A DNA stretch of 64,000 nt, from NCBI GenBank assembly GCA_030390025.1, contig JASTWF010000346.1, positions 310,001 through 374,000 of the forward strand, given 5' to 3'. Positions 9,536 through 21,361 of the stretch are shown piece after piece. Made by a program: the position numbers and the translations under genes. Positions within the stretch are counted from its first letter, which is position 1, and each line of letters opens with the position of its first letter. This DNA comes from Squalus acanthias. Its lineage: Eukaryota. The notes under the pieces were generated by a model. That model was given only the letters and a program-made list of their open reading frames with translations, searched no databases and was not told the DNA's origin.

Positions 9536-12500
9536 CATTTTGGTTGGTAAGGCTGACTTCAGTGCGATGAGACAGAGACTGTCCACGTTAAACTGGGCAA
9601 ATCTGTTAATGAGTAAAACGACAGAAGAGGTGTTCAAAGAAGAATTTAAGGTGATGCAGCGCCAGTTTATACCCCTCAGAGGCAAGAGCTCTACTTAGGA
9701 AGAAAAAAACATCCATGGACGACTAAAGAGGTAAGAGACAACATAAAACTAAAAGAAAAAGCAAACAAAAATGCAGAAAATAGCACAGATCCTGGCAAAT
9801 GGGAAAGATACAAAGAACAGCAAAGGCTGACAAAACAGATAGTAAGAGCTACAAAAAGGGAGTATGAAAAGAAACTTGCAAGGGATATCAGAATCAACAC
9901 AATATTTTTTTATAATTATATTAGGAAAAAGAGGGTCGTCAGGAGCAATGTTGGCCCCTTGAAAACTGATATCGCTGATATTGTCAATGATAATAAGGAA
10001 ATGGTGGACATGTTGAATAATTACTTTGTGTCAGTATTTACAGTAGAGGAAGAGGATAGCATGCCGGAAATCCCAAGGAAACTAATTTGAATCAGGGACA
10101 GGGACACAATAAAATGAACATAAACAAAATAACAGTAATGAAGAAAATAATGGCATTGAAGAGTGACAAATCCCCAGGACCAGAAGATTTCTATCCCATG
10201 GTTTTAAAGGAAGTAGGTGAGCACATTGCAGATGCCCTAACTATAATCTTCCAAAGTTCTCTCGATTCAGGAACAGTTCCTTTAGATTGGAAAATTGTGC
10301 ATGTCACTCCGCTATTTAAGAATGGTGAGAGAGGGAAACTAGGGAATTATAGACCAGTTAGCTTAACATCTGTTGTCGAAAAATTACTAGAGTATATAAT
10401 TAAGGATAGGGTTGAAGAGATCGCAAAGTCTCTGTTTGAAGAATGGACTCAGTCGAGAATATTTTGTGGACTTTATGTGATTTTTCTGAGGGTATTTGCC
10501 CTGTGATGGATCACCCTGGCAGATATGTGAAAAACTGGTTTGTTAAAACTCCAGAGAACGCATGGCAGTTGGCTGTGACAAAAAAACTGTCAGTCATCCC
10601 GAATGAATGGATTCGCCCGACAGTCCTGGAAAAAGGAAGGGGGGCCATTGACAAAGGGGCTGAGGACCCTGAGGCACCCGTTGAACTTGAACCTGTTAGA
10701 AAGCCACTCTAATATGCAAAAGCACTTCTCACCTCCATTTCAGAAGAGAAGCAGAACAATTAACCCACTGGCCTAGCCAGCCAGAGAGGAGCCAGTTTTT
10801 CCCAACACAAAGACCAAAATATGTCCCAGACTTAGGGCCATTCGTCCAATCACAGAGTACACATGGGTCTGATGATGGCCCATCACTGATTAAGCACCAG
10901 AGTGCTTAGAAACAAAAGGATTTTAAAGATTGGCGGGAAAGATAGGGGTAGCGAGACTCCTATGAAGATAGATCCTTTCCCACCATTCTCTCTCTCTCTC
11001 TCGCTCCAACAAGATCGACCTAACAAGAAGAGCCGCTGAGCGGAGCGATCGAAACCGACTGTGTGTTGGGGTAAGCATGGTCTCGAGTGTCCCAAGCCGG
11101 TAACCCAATATCCCAGGCGAGCTGGGTGAGCTGTAAGGGCTCAGAGTTTTCTCAAAAGTGAAGTTTTTGGGCTATTCCGAGAGTGGGAGCTTCGTTTGGT
11201 TCAGCCAGGCGAAAGGGCTATGCGACTGGGTAATTCGTTGGTAGGGGTGGAATTAGAGTCCACCATAGCAACAAGGGAATTACTGCTTGTTATAGTCCCC
11301 AGTTTTGTACTGTATATATGTTGTTTGTAACCTGGATTTTATTCTCCACAGAGACAGTGATTTCGTTTAGTAGTGCATGTTTTAGCCAGTGTATGTTAGA
11401 CCAAATAAATATAAGTTTGATTTTTCACGGAAGCATTCCTGTCCGTGACTTATTTCATTTATACTCTGAATAATAATCCCCGGGTATAGAACTTTTGTAA
11501 GGCGGGGATTAATTCGAACCGTCCGTCTAGCAATTGGGCCAGGATCAAAAACCGCTTACAGGGTGACTGAACACCGTGAAAATTTTCAACGCATCAGAGA
11601 GAGCCAGCATGGATTTGTGAAAGGTAGGTCATGCCTGACAAACCTGAATGAATTGTTTGAAGAGGTGTCTAAAGTAGTGGACAGGGGAATGTCTATGGAT
11701 GTTGATTTGATAAAGTCCCTCATAAGAGACTGTAACAAAGGTTGAAGCCCATGGAATTAAAGGCAAATTATTGACCTGGTTAGGAAATTGGCTGAGCGGC
11801 AGGAGACAGAAAGTAGGGATAATGGGTAGGCACTCAAATTGGCAGAATGTGACTAGTGGTGTTCCAAAGGGATCTGTGTTGTAGCCTCAACTATTCACAA
11901 TATTTATTAATGACTTAGATGAGGGCATAGAAAGTCATATATCCAAATTTGCCAATGACACAAATGACACAGCTTTGTAGGCAGTGTAGATGAAAGCATA
12001 AAATTACAAAGGGATATTGATAGATTAAGTGAATGGGCAAAACTGTGGCAAATGGATTTCAATGTAAGCAAATGTGAGGTCATCCACTTTGGACCTAAGA
12101 AGGACAGAACAGGGTACTTTCTAAATGGTGAAAAGCTAAAAAATGCAGAGGTCCAAAGAGACTTAGGGGTCCAGGTGCATAGATCATTAAAATGTCATGA
12201 ACAGGTAAAGAAAATAATCAAAAAGGCTAATGGAATGCTGGCCTTTATATCTAGAGGACTAGAGTACCAGGGGGTAGAAATTATTCTACAGTTATACAAA
12301 ACCCTGGTTAGACCACACCTGGAGTACTGTGAGCAGTTCTGGGCACCACACCTTAGAAAGGATATATTGGCCTTGGAGGGAGTGCAGCGTAGGTTTACCA
12401 GAATGATACCCAGACTCCAGGGGTTAAATTACGAGGAGTGATTACACAAACTAGGGTTGTATTCCCTGTAATTTAGAAGGTTAAGGGGTGATTTGATCGA

Positions 12501-12852
12501 AGTTTTCAGGATATTAAAGGGGAAAGGATAGGGTAGATAGAAAGAACTACTGGTTGGGGAATCTAGCACTGGGGGCATAGTCTAAAATTTAGAGCCAGAC
12601 CTTTCAGGAGTGAAATTCGGAAACACTTCTACACGCAAAGGTTGGTAGAAGTTTGGAACTCTCTTCCACAAACGGCAACTGATGCTAAATCAATTGTTAA
12701 TTTTAAAACTGAGATTGACAGCTTTTTGTTATCCAAAGGTATTAAGGGATATGGGGCAAAGGCGGGTATATGGAGTTAGGTCGCAGATCAGCCATGATCT
12801 CATTGAATGGCGGAACAGGCTTGAGGGGCTCAATGCCCTACTCATGTTCCTA
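9536..12852 (+). mobile_element. Degraded CR1 LINE ORF2 + 3' end, split by a solo LTR
   Basis: KSPGP..., QHGFVKGRSCLTNL, KCEVIHFG, VRPHLEYC with stops and frameshifts. 3' stem-loop and tail near 12800-12852. Confidence 0.88.
10413..11560 (+). mobile_element. Solo LTR (1148 bp; ERV1- or Gypsy-like)
   Basis: TG...CA ends and a 4-bp TSD GGGT (10409-12 / 11561-64). Removing it restores the CR1 frame IKDRV|TEH. AATAAA near 11404. Confidence 0.85.
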
Positions 12853-13230
12853 TGTTTTGCGGTCCGTGTTCATGTCTAAATGGAATGTGGGAGGTTGCAT
12901 TATTTAAAGGGGCTGCTCCTCAACTTCTGGTTCCACTTCAGTCCCATGCTCCTAATCTTTGGCCACCTGCTGTGGAGCGGAAGTGGTGGGGAGAGGTGGT
13001 GGGAAGTTGGAGGACCTCCTCGTGGATCTGCTCCAAGATGGCCATCCAGAGGTCCAGGTTGAACGTGGACTATTGGTGGGGGGGGTCGCCCTGGTTGCCT
13101 GCCTCTTTTCAGCGGTCATGTCCACGCCCAGGTGACCCTGGAGAAGGAGCAAACAGTGACTACCGGTACGCGTGAGGCCTTGAGCGACCGGTGCGTAGTC
13201 GACACTGTAAATAATATTATGATTTAATTT
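12853..13230 (+). mobile_element. Old Tx1-clade LINE, 3' piece 3
   Basis: It resumes where 5920 stops (SQAACN|FCG...ECGRLHYLKGLLLNFWFHFSP), as in the 34567-35364 ORF. Confidence 0.8.
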
Positions 13231-13379
13231 ATTAATTTCCTTTCTTTTGTATGAATTGGGTTTTATAAGGGGGCACTTTTGTTAGGTTTTTTGGGTTGAT
13301 GACACTGGGGCAACCCAATGTCGCTTTAAGGGTATAATTAAATAGGCACATGAGACCAACCAAGCACCACTTTTTTTCT

Positions 13380-15925
13380 TTCTTTCAGGTGTCAAGGATC
13401 GCAAGCTTCAACAACTCATGAACACCAATGCTCCTCCGGAACCTTCTTCCCCTTCACTTTCCTCTGACACGGTGGCATAGTGGTTAGCACTGGTGCCTCA
13501 CAGCGCCAGGGACCAGGGTTCGAATCCGGCCTCGGTGACTGTCTGTGTGGAGTTTGCACATTCTCCCCGTGTCTGCGTGGGTTTTCTCCGGGTGCTCCGG
13601 TTTCCTCCCACAGTCCAAAAATGTGCGGGTTAGGTTGATTTGGCTATGATAAATTGACCCTTAGTGTTAGGGGGGGATTAAATATGTGGGGTTACGGGGA
13701 TAGGATGGGATATGTTAGGGGGAATTAAATACGTGGGGTTACGGGGATAGGGTGGGATATGTGTCGGTGCAGGCTCGATGGGGATTCTGTGTGGGAAAGC
13801 AGGGACAGGGTACTGGATTTGGATGATCAGCCATGATCGTATTGAATGGTGGAGCAGGCTCGACGGGCCGAATGGCCTACTCCTGCTCCTAGTTTCTATG
13901 ACCCTATCCCTTCTTCCAATCTCACCCCCTGCCGTGTTTTCACTATCCCCTCTGACCTTCCCCTCTCTGTCCCTGAAAGATTATTCCTCAGCAAAGGAAT
14001 GAGCTTCAACCCCTTACACCCCCAACTCAATGAATTTCGAGCTCGGCACGATGCTGAGCTCTTTTTCCGTCACTTTCGTCTCCGTGCCCACTTCTTTGGC
14101 CAGGAGTCTTCCCCCCCCCACACAGCGACCCTTTCTCCCGTTTTCAAAATTCACGTTCTACCTGGACCCCTCCCTCTGGCCTCTTACCCTCTCTAGATCT
14201 TTTCATTGCGAACTGTTGGCGTGGCATCGGCCGTCTCAATTTTTCTGCACCCCTCACTCACTCCAACCTACCTCCCTCTGAATTTGCAGCACTCCATTCT
14301 CTCAGAGCCAACCCGAACATTGTCATTAAACCTGCTGACAAGGGTGGCACTGTTGTTTGGCGAACCGACCTCTACCTTGTGGAGGCTGAACGCCAACTCT
14401 CTGACACCTCCTTCTACCTCCCCCTGGACCATGACCCCACTACCGAACATCAAGCTATCAAGACTGTCACTGACCTCATCTCCTCTGGAAATCTTCCCTC
14501 CATGGCCACCAACCTCATAGTCCTCCAACACTGCACAGTCTGCTTTTAGCTCCTTCTCAAAATCCACAAACAGACTGCCCTGGTAGACCCATCGTTTCAG
14601 CCTGTTCTTGCCCCACAGAACTGATTTCCTCGTATCTCGACTCTATTTTTTCTCCCCTTGTCCAGTCTCTTCCCACCTACAACCGCGATTCTTCCGACGC
14701 CCTCCACCACTTTAACAGTTTCCAGTTTCCTGGCCCCAACTGTCTCCTTTTCACTATGGACCAATCCCTCTACAGCTCCATCCCCCACCAGGAAATTGTT
14801 CTCACATTGAACAACTTCTCCTTTGACTCTACTCACTTCCTCCAAATTAAAGGTGTTGCTATGGGAACCCGCATGGGCCCAAGCTATGCCTGCCTATTTG
14901 TGGAATATGTGGAATGCACTTTTTTCCAGTCCTACTCAGGTGCCCTTCCTCACCTCTTTTTCCAGAACATTGATGACTGTATTGGTGCCGTTTCCTGCTC
15001 TCGCCCTGAACTAGAAAATTTCATTCACTTTGCTTCCAATTTCCACCCTTCCCTCACCTTCACATGGTCCATCTCTGACTCTTCCCTTCCCTTTCTCGAC
15101 TTGTCAGTCTCCATTTCTGGGTATAGGCTATCAACAAACATCCACTATAAGCCCACTGACTCGCACAGCTACCTGGACTACACTTCCTCCCACCGCACTT
15201 CCTGTAAGGACTCTATTCCATTCTCCCAGTTTCTCCATCTCCGTCGCATCTGTTCTGATTATGCCACCTTCCATACTTGTGCTTCTGATATGTCTTCCTT
15301 TTTCCTCAACCAAAGATTCCCCTCTACTGTGGTTGACATGGCCCTCGACCATGTTCGTTCCATTTCCCGCACTTCTGCTCTCACCCCTTCCCCTCCCTCC
15401 CAGAAGCACGATAGGGTTCCTCTTTTCCTCACTTTACACCCCACCAGCCTTCACATTCAACGGATCTTCCTCAGACATTTCCACCACCTCCAGCGTGATC
15501 CCACCACCAAACACATCTTCCCCTCCCCTTTCAGCATTCTGAAGGGACTGCTCCCTTCGTGACAACCTGGCCCACTCCTCAATCACCCCCAACACCCCCT
15601 TCCCTTCCCACAGCAGCTTCCCGTGCAAGCGCAGGAGATGCAACACCTGCCCTTTCACCTCCTCCCTTCCCAATGTCCAGGGGCCACAAACACTCCTTCC
15701 AAGTGAAACAGCGATTTACTTGTACTTGCAATTTAGTATACTGTATTCGCTGCTCACGATGCGGTCTCCTCTACAATAGGGCGACCAAACGCAGGTTGGG
15801 TGACTGCTTTGTGGAACACTTCCATTCAGTCCGTAAGCGTGACCCGAGCTTCCAGTTGCCTGTCACTTTACTTCGCCGCTCCACTCCCACTCTGACCTCG
15901 GCCTCTTACACTGCTCCAACGAAGC
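13380..15925 (+). mobile_element. Degraded Penelope-like element (RT + GIY-YIG), split by a SINE
   Basis: LSKGMSF, IKPADKGG, GVAMGTRMGPSYACLF, NIDDCIG, YKPTDSHSYLDY. GIY-YIG motif VYCIRCSRCGLLY...TKRRLGDCF. Confidence 0.88.
13467..13900 (+). mobile_element. HE1-type V-SINE (tRNA head, V-core, CR1-derived tail)
   Basis: A-box ggtggcatagtggttagc, B-box ggttcgaatcc, V-domain tgtgtggagtttgcacattctccccgtgtctgcgtgggtttt, and a CR1-like 3' stem-loop. Contains an internal ~46-bp tandem duplication. Confidence 0.85.
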
Positions 15926-16890
15926 CCAAATCTTATATTGATGGCCTCTAGTTTTGCTCTTCCCCACAAGTGGAAACACTCTCTCTGTATCAAAACCTTT
16001 CATAATTTTAAAGACCTCTATTAGGTCACCCCTCAGCCTTTTCCTTTTAAGAGAAAAGAGACCCAGCCTGTTCATCCTTTCCTGATAGGTATACCCTCGC
16101 ATTTCTGGTATCATCCTTGTAAATCTTCTCTGCACCCTCTCCAGTGCCTCCATACTATGGCGACCAGAATGGTACGCAGCACTCCCAAGTGTGGTCCAAC
16201 CAAGGTTCAATACAAGTTTAGCATAACTTCACTACTTTTCAATTCTATCCCTCTGGAAATAAACCCTAGTGTCATAGAGTCAGAGAGTCATAACGCACAG
16301 AAGGAGGCCATTCAGCCCATCGAGTCCATGCTGGCTCTCTGCAGAGCAATCCAGTCAGTCCCATTCCCCCGCTCTATCCCCGTAGCCTGCACGTTTATTT
16401 CCCTCAAGTGCTTATCCAGTCTCCCCTTGAAAACATTGAGTGTCTCCGCTTCCACCACTTCCGTCAGCAGCGAGTTCCAGGTCCTCACCACTCGCTGCGT
16501 AAAAAAGTTTTTCCTCACAACCCCCCTGTATCTCTTGCCCAAAACCTTAAATCTGTGTCCCCTGGTCCTTGTACCATCAACCAGTGGGAACAGCCTTTCC
16601 CCGTCTAGCCTATCCAAACCCGTCATAATCTTGTACACCTCTATCAAATCACCCCGCAACCTTCTTTGCTCTAATGAAAACAAATCCAGCTTCTCCAACC
16701 TGTCCTTGTAGCTAAGATTCCCCATCCCCGGAAACATTCTGATAAATCTCCTCTGCACCCTTCACAACCTTCACATCCTTCCTAAAGCGTTGTGACCAGA
16801 ACTGGACGCAATACTCCAGTTGTGGCCTAACCAGCGCTTTATAAAGGTTCAGCATAACTTTTCTACTTTTGTACTCAATACCTCTTGACA

Positions 16891-16988
16891 CCTCACTGTA
16901 CCTGTACCTGAAGAAGGAGCAGAGCTCCGAAAGCTCGTAATTTCAAATAAAACTGTTGGACTATAACCTGGTGTTGTGCAACTTCTCA
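16891..16988 (+). mobile_element. Penelope-type terminal fragment inserted in CR1
   Basis: Interrupts the CR1 sequence gtactcaatacctct|atttatgaagccc. Homologous to 50196-50290. Confidence 0.75.
16905..16939 (+). ncRNA. Minimal type-I hammerhead ribozyme motif
   Basis: tac-CTGAAGA-A-GGAGC-aga-GCTCC-GAAA-GC-TC-gta. Confidence 0.65.
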
Positions 16989-18218
16989 TTTATATTTATG
17001 AAGCCCAAGATCCCACATGCTTTGCTACCCACTCTCTCAATATGTCCCGCCACCTTCAGGGACCTATGCACATTAACTCCCAGGTCCCTCTGTCCCTGCA
17101 CACTCTTTAAAACTGTGCCATTAAGTGTATATTGCCTCTCCCTGTTCCTTCTGCCAAAATGCATCACCTCACACTTCTCTGTATTAAATTCCATCTGCCA
17201 CTTGTCTGCCCATTCTGCTAGCCTTTCTATGTCCTGTTGCAGTCAATTGGTATCATCCTCACTGTTTGCCACCCCCCCAAGTTTTGTGTCATCGGCAAAT
17301 TTAGAAATTCTACTCTGTATTCCAATATCCAGGTCATTTATATAAATCAAAAAAAGCAGTGGCCCCAGCACTGACCCTTGAGGAACATCACTGTCTGCCA
17401 TCCTCCAGTCTGAAAAACAGCCATTTATCACAACTCACTGCTTTCTGTCCTTAAGCCAATTCCTTATCCAAGCTGTCACTGACCCACCTATTCCATGAGC
17501 CTCAATTTTTAACCAGCTTTCTATTTGGTACTTTGTCAAACGCCTTCCGAAAATCCATGCAGACAACATCCATTGCATTCCCTTCATCAATCCTCTCTGT
17601 TACTTCATCAAAAAATTCAATTAGGTTAGTCAAACACGATCTGCCTTTTACAAACTCATGTTGGCTCTCCTTAATTAGCTTAAACCTCTCAAATGCCCAT
17701 TAATTTTTTCCTTGATTATTGTTTCTAAAACTTTACCCACCACTGATGTTAAACTGACCGGCCTGTAGTTACGAGGATTGTCCTTACACCCTTTCTTGAA
17801 CAATGGTGTCACATTTGCCGCTTTCCAATCCTCAGGCACCTCCCCCGCATCTGGGGAAGATTGGAAAATTATGGCTTGGTTTGCTTTTTTTGTGCCCTTG
17901 TTAGCCTGTGTCATACCCTCAGTGATTCGTGTATTTGCACTCTGAGATCCCTCTGCTCCTCTACCCCATTTAGATTATTTTCCAAGTAATATGTGACCTC
18001 ACAATTTTTCCTACCAAAATGTAATACCTCACACCCATCTGCATTGAACTTCCTCTGCCAATTATATGCCCATTCCGTAAGCCTATCAATGTCTTCCTGC
18101 AATCTGCTGCAGTCCTCCTCAGTATCAACCACACCCTCCCCCCACCCAATAGGTGTCCTCTGCAAATTTAGAAATGTTGTTTTTGATTCCAAAGTCTAAA
18201 TCGTTAATATAACTCAAT

Positions 18219-18336
18219 GAAAAACGAAAGTAAAAGTTTTCAGGGAGGAGCTGTTGTAAACGTGCTTATTCCTTACAAATCTGTTGGAAAAAGGTGGAAA
18301 ATCTTCGATCAGATTGTCGGAAAGTAAGAGGTGAGT
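18219..18336 (+). promoter_or_regulatory. Candidate promoter / non-coding first exon of the BTN-like gene with IRF-E/ISRE-like motif
   Basis: GAAAAACGAAAGTAAAAGT (18219-37) sits at the start of a non-repeat island, followed by a consensus donor AG|GTGAGT at 18330/31. The signal-peptide exon has an acceptor, so an upstream exon must exist. Confidence 0.35.
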
Positions 18337-20514
18337 CCCAAATATTTTTCATTTCAGGGGAAGGTTTCATTCCCAGTGGGATTGGGCTGTTTTTATTAAT
18401 GGTGAAAGGTCCCAATTTACTACAAGGAGTTAAACGGGAACCTGCTGGAGATTGTCCAGCGAAACGTTGAAAACTTATAAATGTCTCTAATCACCTTAAC
18501 AGTGTCTCGAACTGGGTCCTATCGGTATAAGGGAACTGTAGGAAGAGGTTATTTTAGACATAAACCGTCAGAGTCAAAGAGAGCGACCAGAGAGAGAGTC
18601 GGAAGTAAAAGGGTGGAACATAATCTTGGGACGGCCGTTAAATGAAACCTGCTAAGTATTCTTTAATCTACATTGAATGCAGTTTGTTACTTTGCTTAAG
18701 TACAGTCTCTTTAAAGGGTGGTCGGGAACATTAATTTCAATCTCTGAAGTGTCATACGAGCTGATCCACGGTGACACTGCACACAAGTTCAGTCGATGTT
18801 AGTAAAATGTACAATAATACAGACGCTGGAAATCTGAAACAAAAGCAGAATAAATTGGGAAACGCTCAACAGATCAATCAAACATCTATAGCAGAATAGG
18901 ATCCCCATTTTGGGGTGTGTCCTCTTCATCAGAACTGATAAAGGGTTATAGACACGAAGGCAAATATCTTGGAGCCTTTGGAAACTATTTCAACCCATTG
19001 GGAGCCTTTGTGAGGCTGAAGGGGAGGGGAAATAAACGACAAGTACAGATTAAGCGAATGAAAACCCAGTGTGGAGGCATAAAGTGAAATCTGCAGACCA
19101 GTGACCTTGTTTGATAGCTGATGAAGTGGAAGTGGCCCTGCTTCCCAATCCGTATCACCCTCCCCATGGGACTGCTGTGATAACAACGTACTTTTTGTCT
19201 GTATTCAATTTTTGATTTGGATTTTTTTATGGCTCCAATCGGCATGCAAGGGTTTAAAATCCCACAAGCAAGAAGAGTACTTTTGGAACAGAAAAACTAT
19301 CATCTCAGAGACCAGGCAGGCTGGTTGTGAGTTACTGAGAAAAGCACAATGATTTGTCTAAAGTGTTACCTTTCCACAAGACTCTTTGCAGCTCTCTACC
19401 CTTAATATTGATTTTAACAACTTCAGACATTAACTATAGCTGCCATTTTATCACTGGTTGTAGGTGCTGGCAATGTGGGATGGGTGTGCCAGTATTTACA
19501 GGGATGGGGATGATGACCCTTGTCAGAACACTATTGTCAGGTGATCTGTATCCTTGGTGTCAAACTGCTTTTTTTCCACCAGACTCTTAAACCACTGGAG
19601 CCCTCTCTGCTTTGCTGGTTTTTCATGTTTTCCTTTCTACCTATCCTCCTTTAACTATTCACATATTCTCTGCGTCTCATAAATATATTTTATTTCTTTG
19701 ATTTCTCTCATGCCTCCTTTTGTCACGTGCAATTATCACTTCTGTCATTTAATCATCTCTTGTTCTCCACCCAAGCACTTCACAGGCCATTCTGTTTCTT
19801 TTCCATGTCCCTTTTCCTTGTTCTTTTCCTTTTTAAATGCTGTTCGTCTGTAATATCTTCCTGTCCTGAGGAAGGGTCCTAGAACTGCAATGTTGACTAA
19901 CTTCTGTTTTGTCCACAGATGCTGCCTGACCTGCTGAATATTTCCAGCATTTTCTGATTTCCAGCATCTGCAGTATTTTGTGTTTTGCCTGCAGTGTTAA
20001 TTGTTTAATTGAATGTGATGGCTTTGGTCAGTCACAAACATCATTGCCATTGTCGCAGGTTGGGCTACCCATTCAGTAATGACAAGAGAAATGCAGCATC
20101 TTTTGAATAGCTGTTGATCTAATGTCATTATGAAAGATGCAGTCGTTTATTGACATTTGTTAAAGTATGCCTTTAAAGATGTTTGGATCATATTTCTGCA
20201 GCAAACTCACAGAAATCATCCCACACCACCTTGACACAGATGATCAAAAAAACAGGCTTGAGTAGTGGATTGATGGACAGCTGTGACAATCTTAGCTCCG
20301 TGCTTAAGTTTTGTGTTCATCAGCTGAAGAGCTGGGCTACTTTTGAGGCTGTGATATGATCCACAGCACAAGCAGTAAGGTTATGCTTTTAAGTCAATAT
20401 TTAGAGAGAAAGTGAGTGGTGTCTTTATTATTTTATGTATTGAGGGAGAGAGAAAAAAAATCATGATTCACTGTTTTTACTGTTTACTGTTCATTCATCT
20501 GTGTTGTGTAGATA

Positions 20515-21240
20515 AAGCCACCTGTTCAAACACACTCCTGGCCTGCCTCCCATCTTCCACTCTCCATAAACTTAAGCTCATCCCAAACCCTGCTGCCCGT
20601 GTCCTAACTCGCACCAAGTCCCATTCACCCATCACCCATGTGCTCGCTGACTTACATTGGCTCCCGGTTAAGCAGTGCCTCGATTTCAAAATTCTCATCC
20701 TTGTTTTCAAATCCCTCCATAGCCTTGCCCCTCCCTATCTATAACCTCCTCCAGTCCTACAACCAATGTTGCTTTAAGCTACACGGCCGCACAGTGGCCT
20801 GGAGGTTCCGTGCAGCCAGCTCACCGGCTTTTGAATGGAAAAACCATGCATGCATGGAAATTTGAATGGGCCACGCAGCCCGTTACAGGAGCCGCATAGC
20901 CCCCCCGAAAAAAATTAAAGGGAACATTGCCTAGAACCCTCTGAGATATCTGCGCTCCTCCAATTCTGGCTTCCTGCGCATTCCCAATTTTAAACACTCC
21001 ACTATTGGCAGCCATACCTTCAGCTGCCAAGGCCCTTAGCTCTGGAATTCCCACTCTAAACCTCTCCGCTTCTCTACCTCTCTTCAAAAACTATCTCTTA
21101 GACCAAACTTTTGCCATCTGCCCGAATAGCTCCTTATGTGGCTCGGTATCACATTTTGTTTGATAACACTGCTGTGTAGCACCTTGAGACATTTTACTAT
21201 GTTAAATGCGCTATAGAAATGCAAGTTTTTGTTGTTGTTG
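20515..21240 (+). mobile_element. L2-like LINE 3' fragment
   Basis: AARVLTRTK...ITHVLADLHWLPV...FKILILVFKSL, ending in the tail gcgctatagaaatgcaagtt(gtt)n. Confidence 0.75.
20764..20929. mobile_element. hAT-type MITE (TIR CAATGTT.../...AACATTG)
   Basis: 8-bp TSD cctacaac / cctagaac (7/8 match). Confidence 0.7.
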
Positions 21241-21361
21241 GTTCAGAGTCTGATTCTTAGTTTGGTAAGAGTGTAAATTCAGTTTTCTTTTCAAAGAAAT
21301 GAGTTTCTCGTGAGGGCACGTGATACATTCCACCAGCCAATGTACAGAGTAAGGGCTCTCC

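Larger units (their letters stand above)
15926..18210 (-). mobile_element. Cluster of CR1 LINE fragments (at least three copies)
   Basis: Minus-strand RT peptides ([47 protein letters not shown]). Confidence 0.85.

Noticed and set aside
10443..10712. 89-aa ORF inside the solo LTR
   Set aside because: It is short with no recognisable motif.
13467..13535. tRNA genes at SINE heads (also 28344, 45128)
   Set aside because: Each continues into a SINE core and does not form a full cloverleaf.
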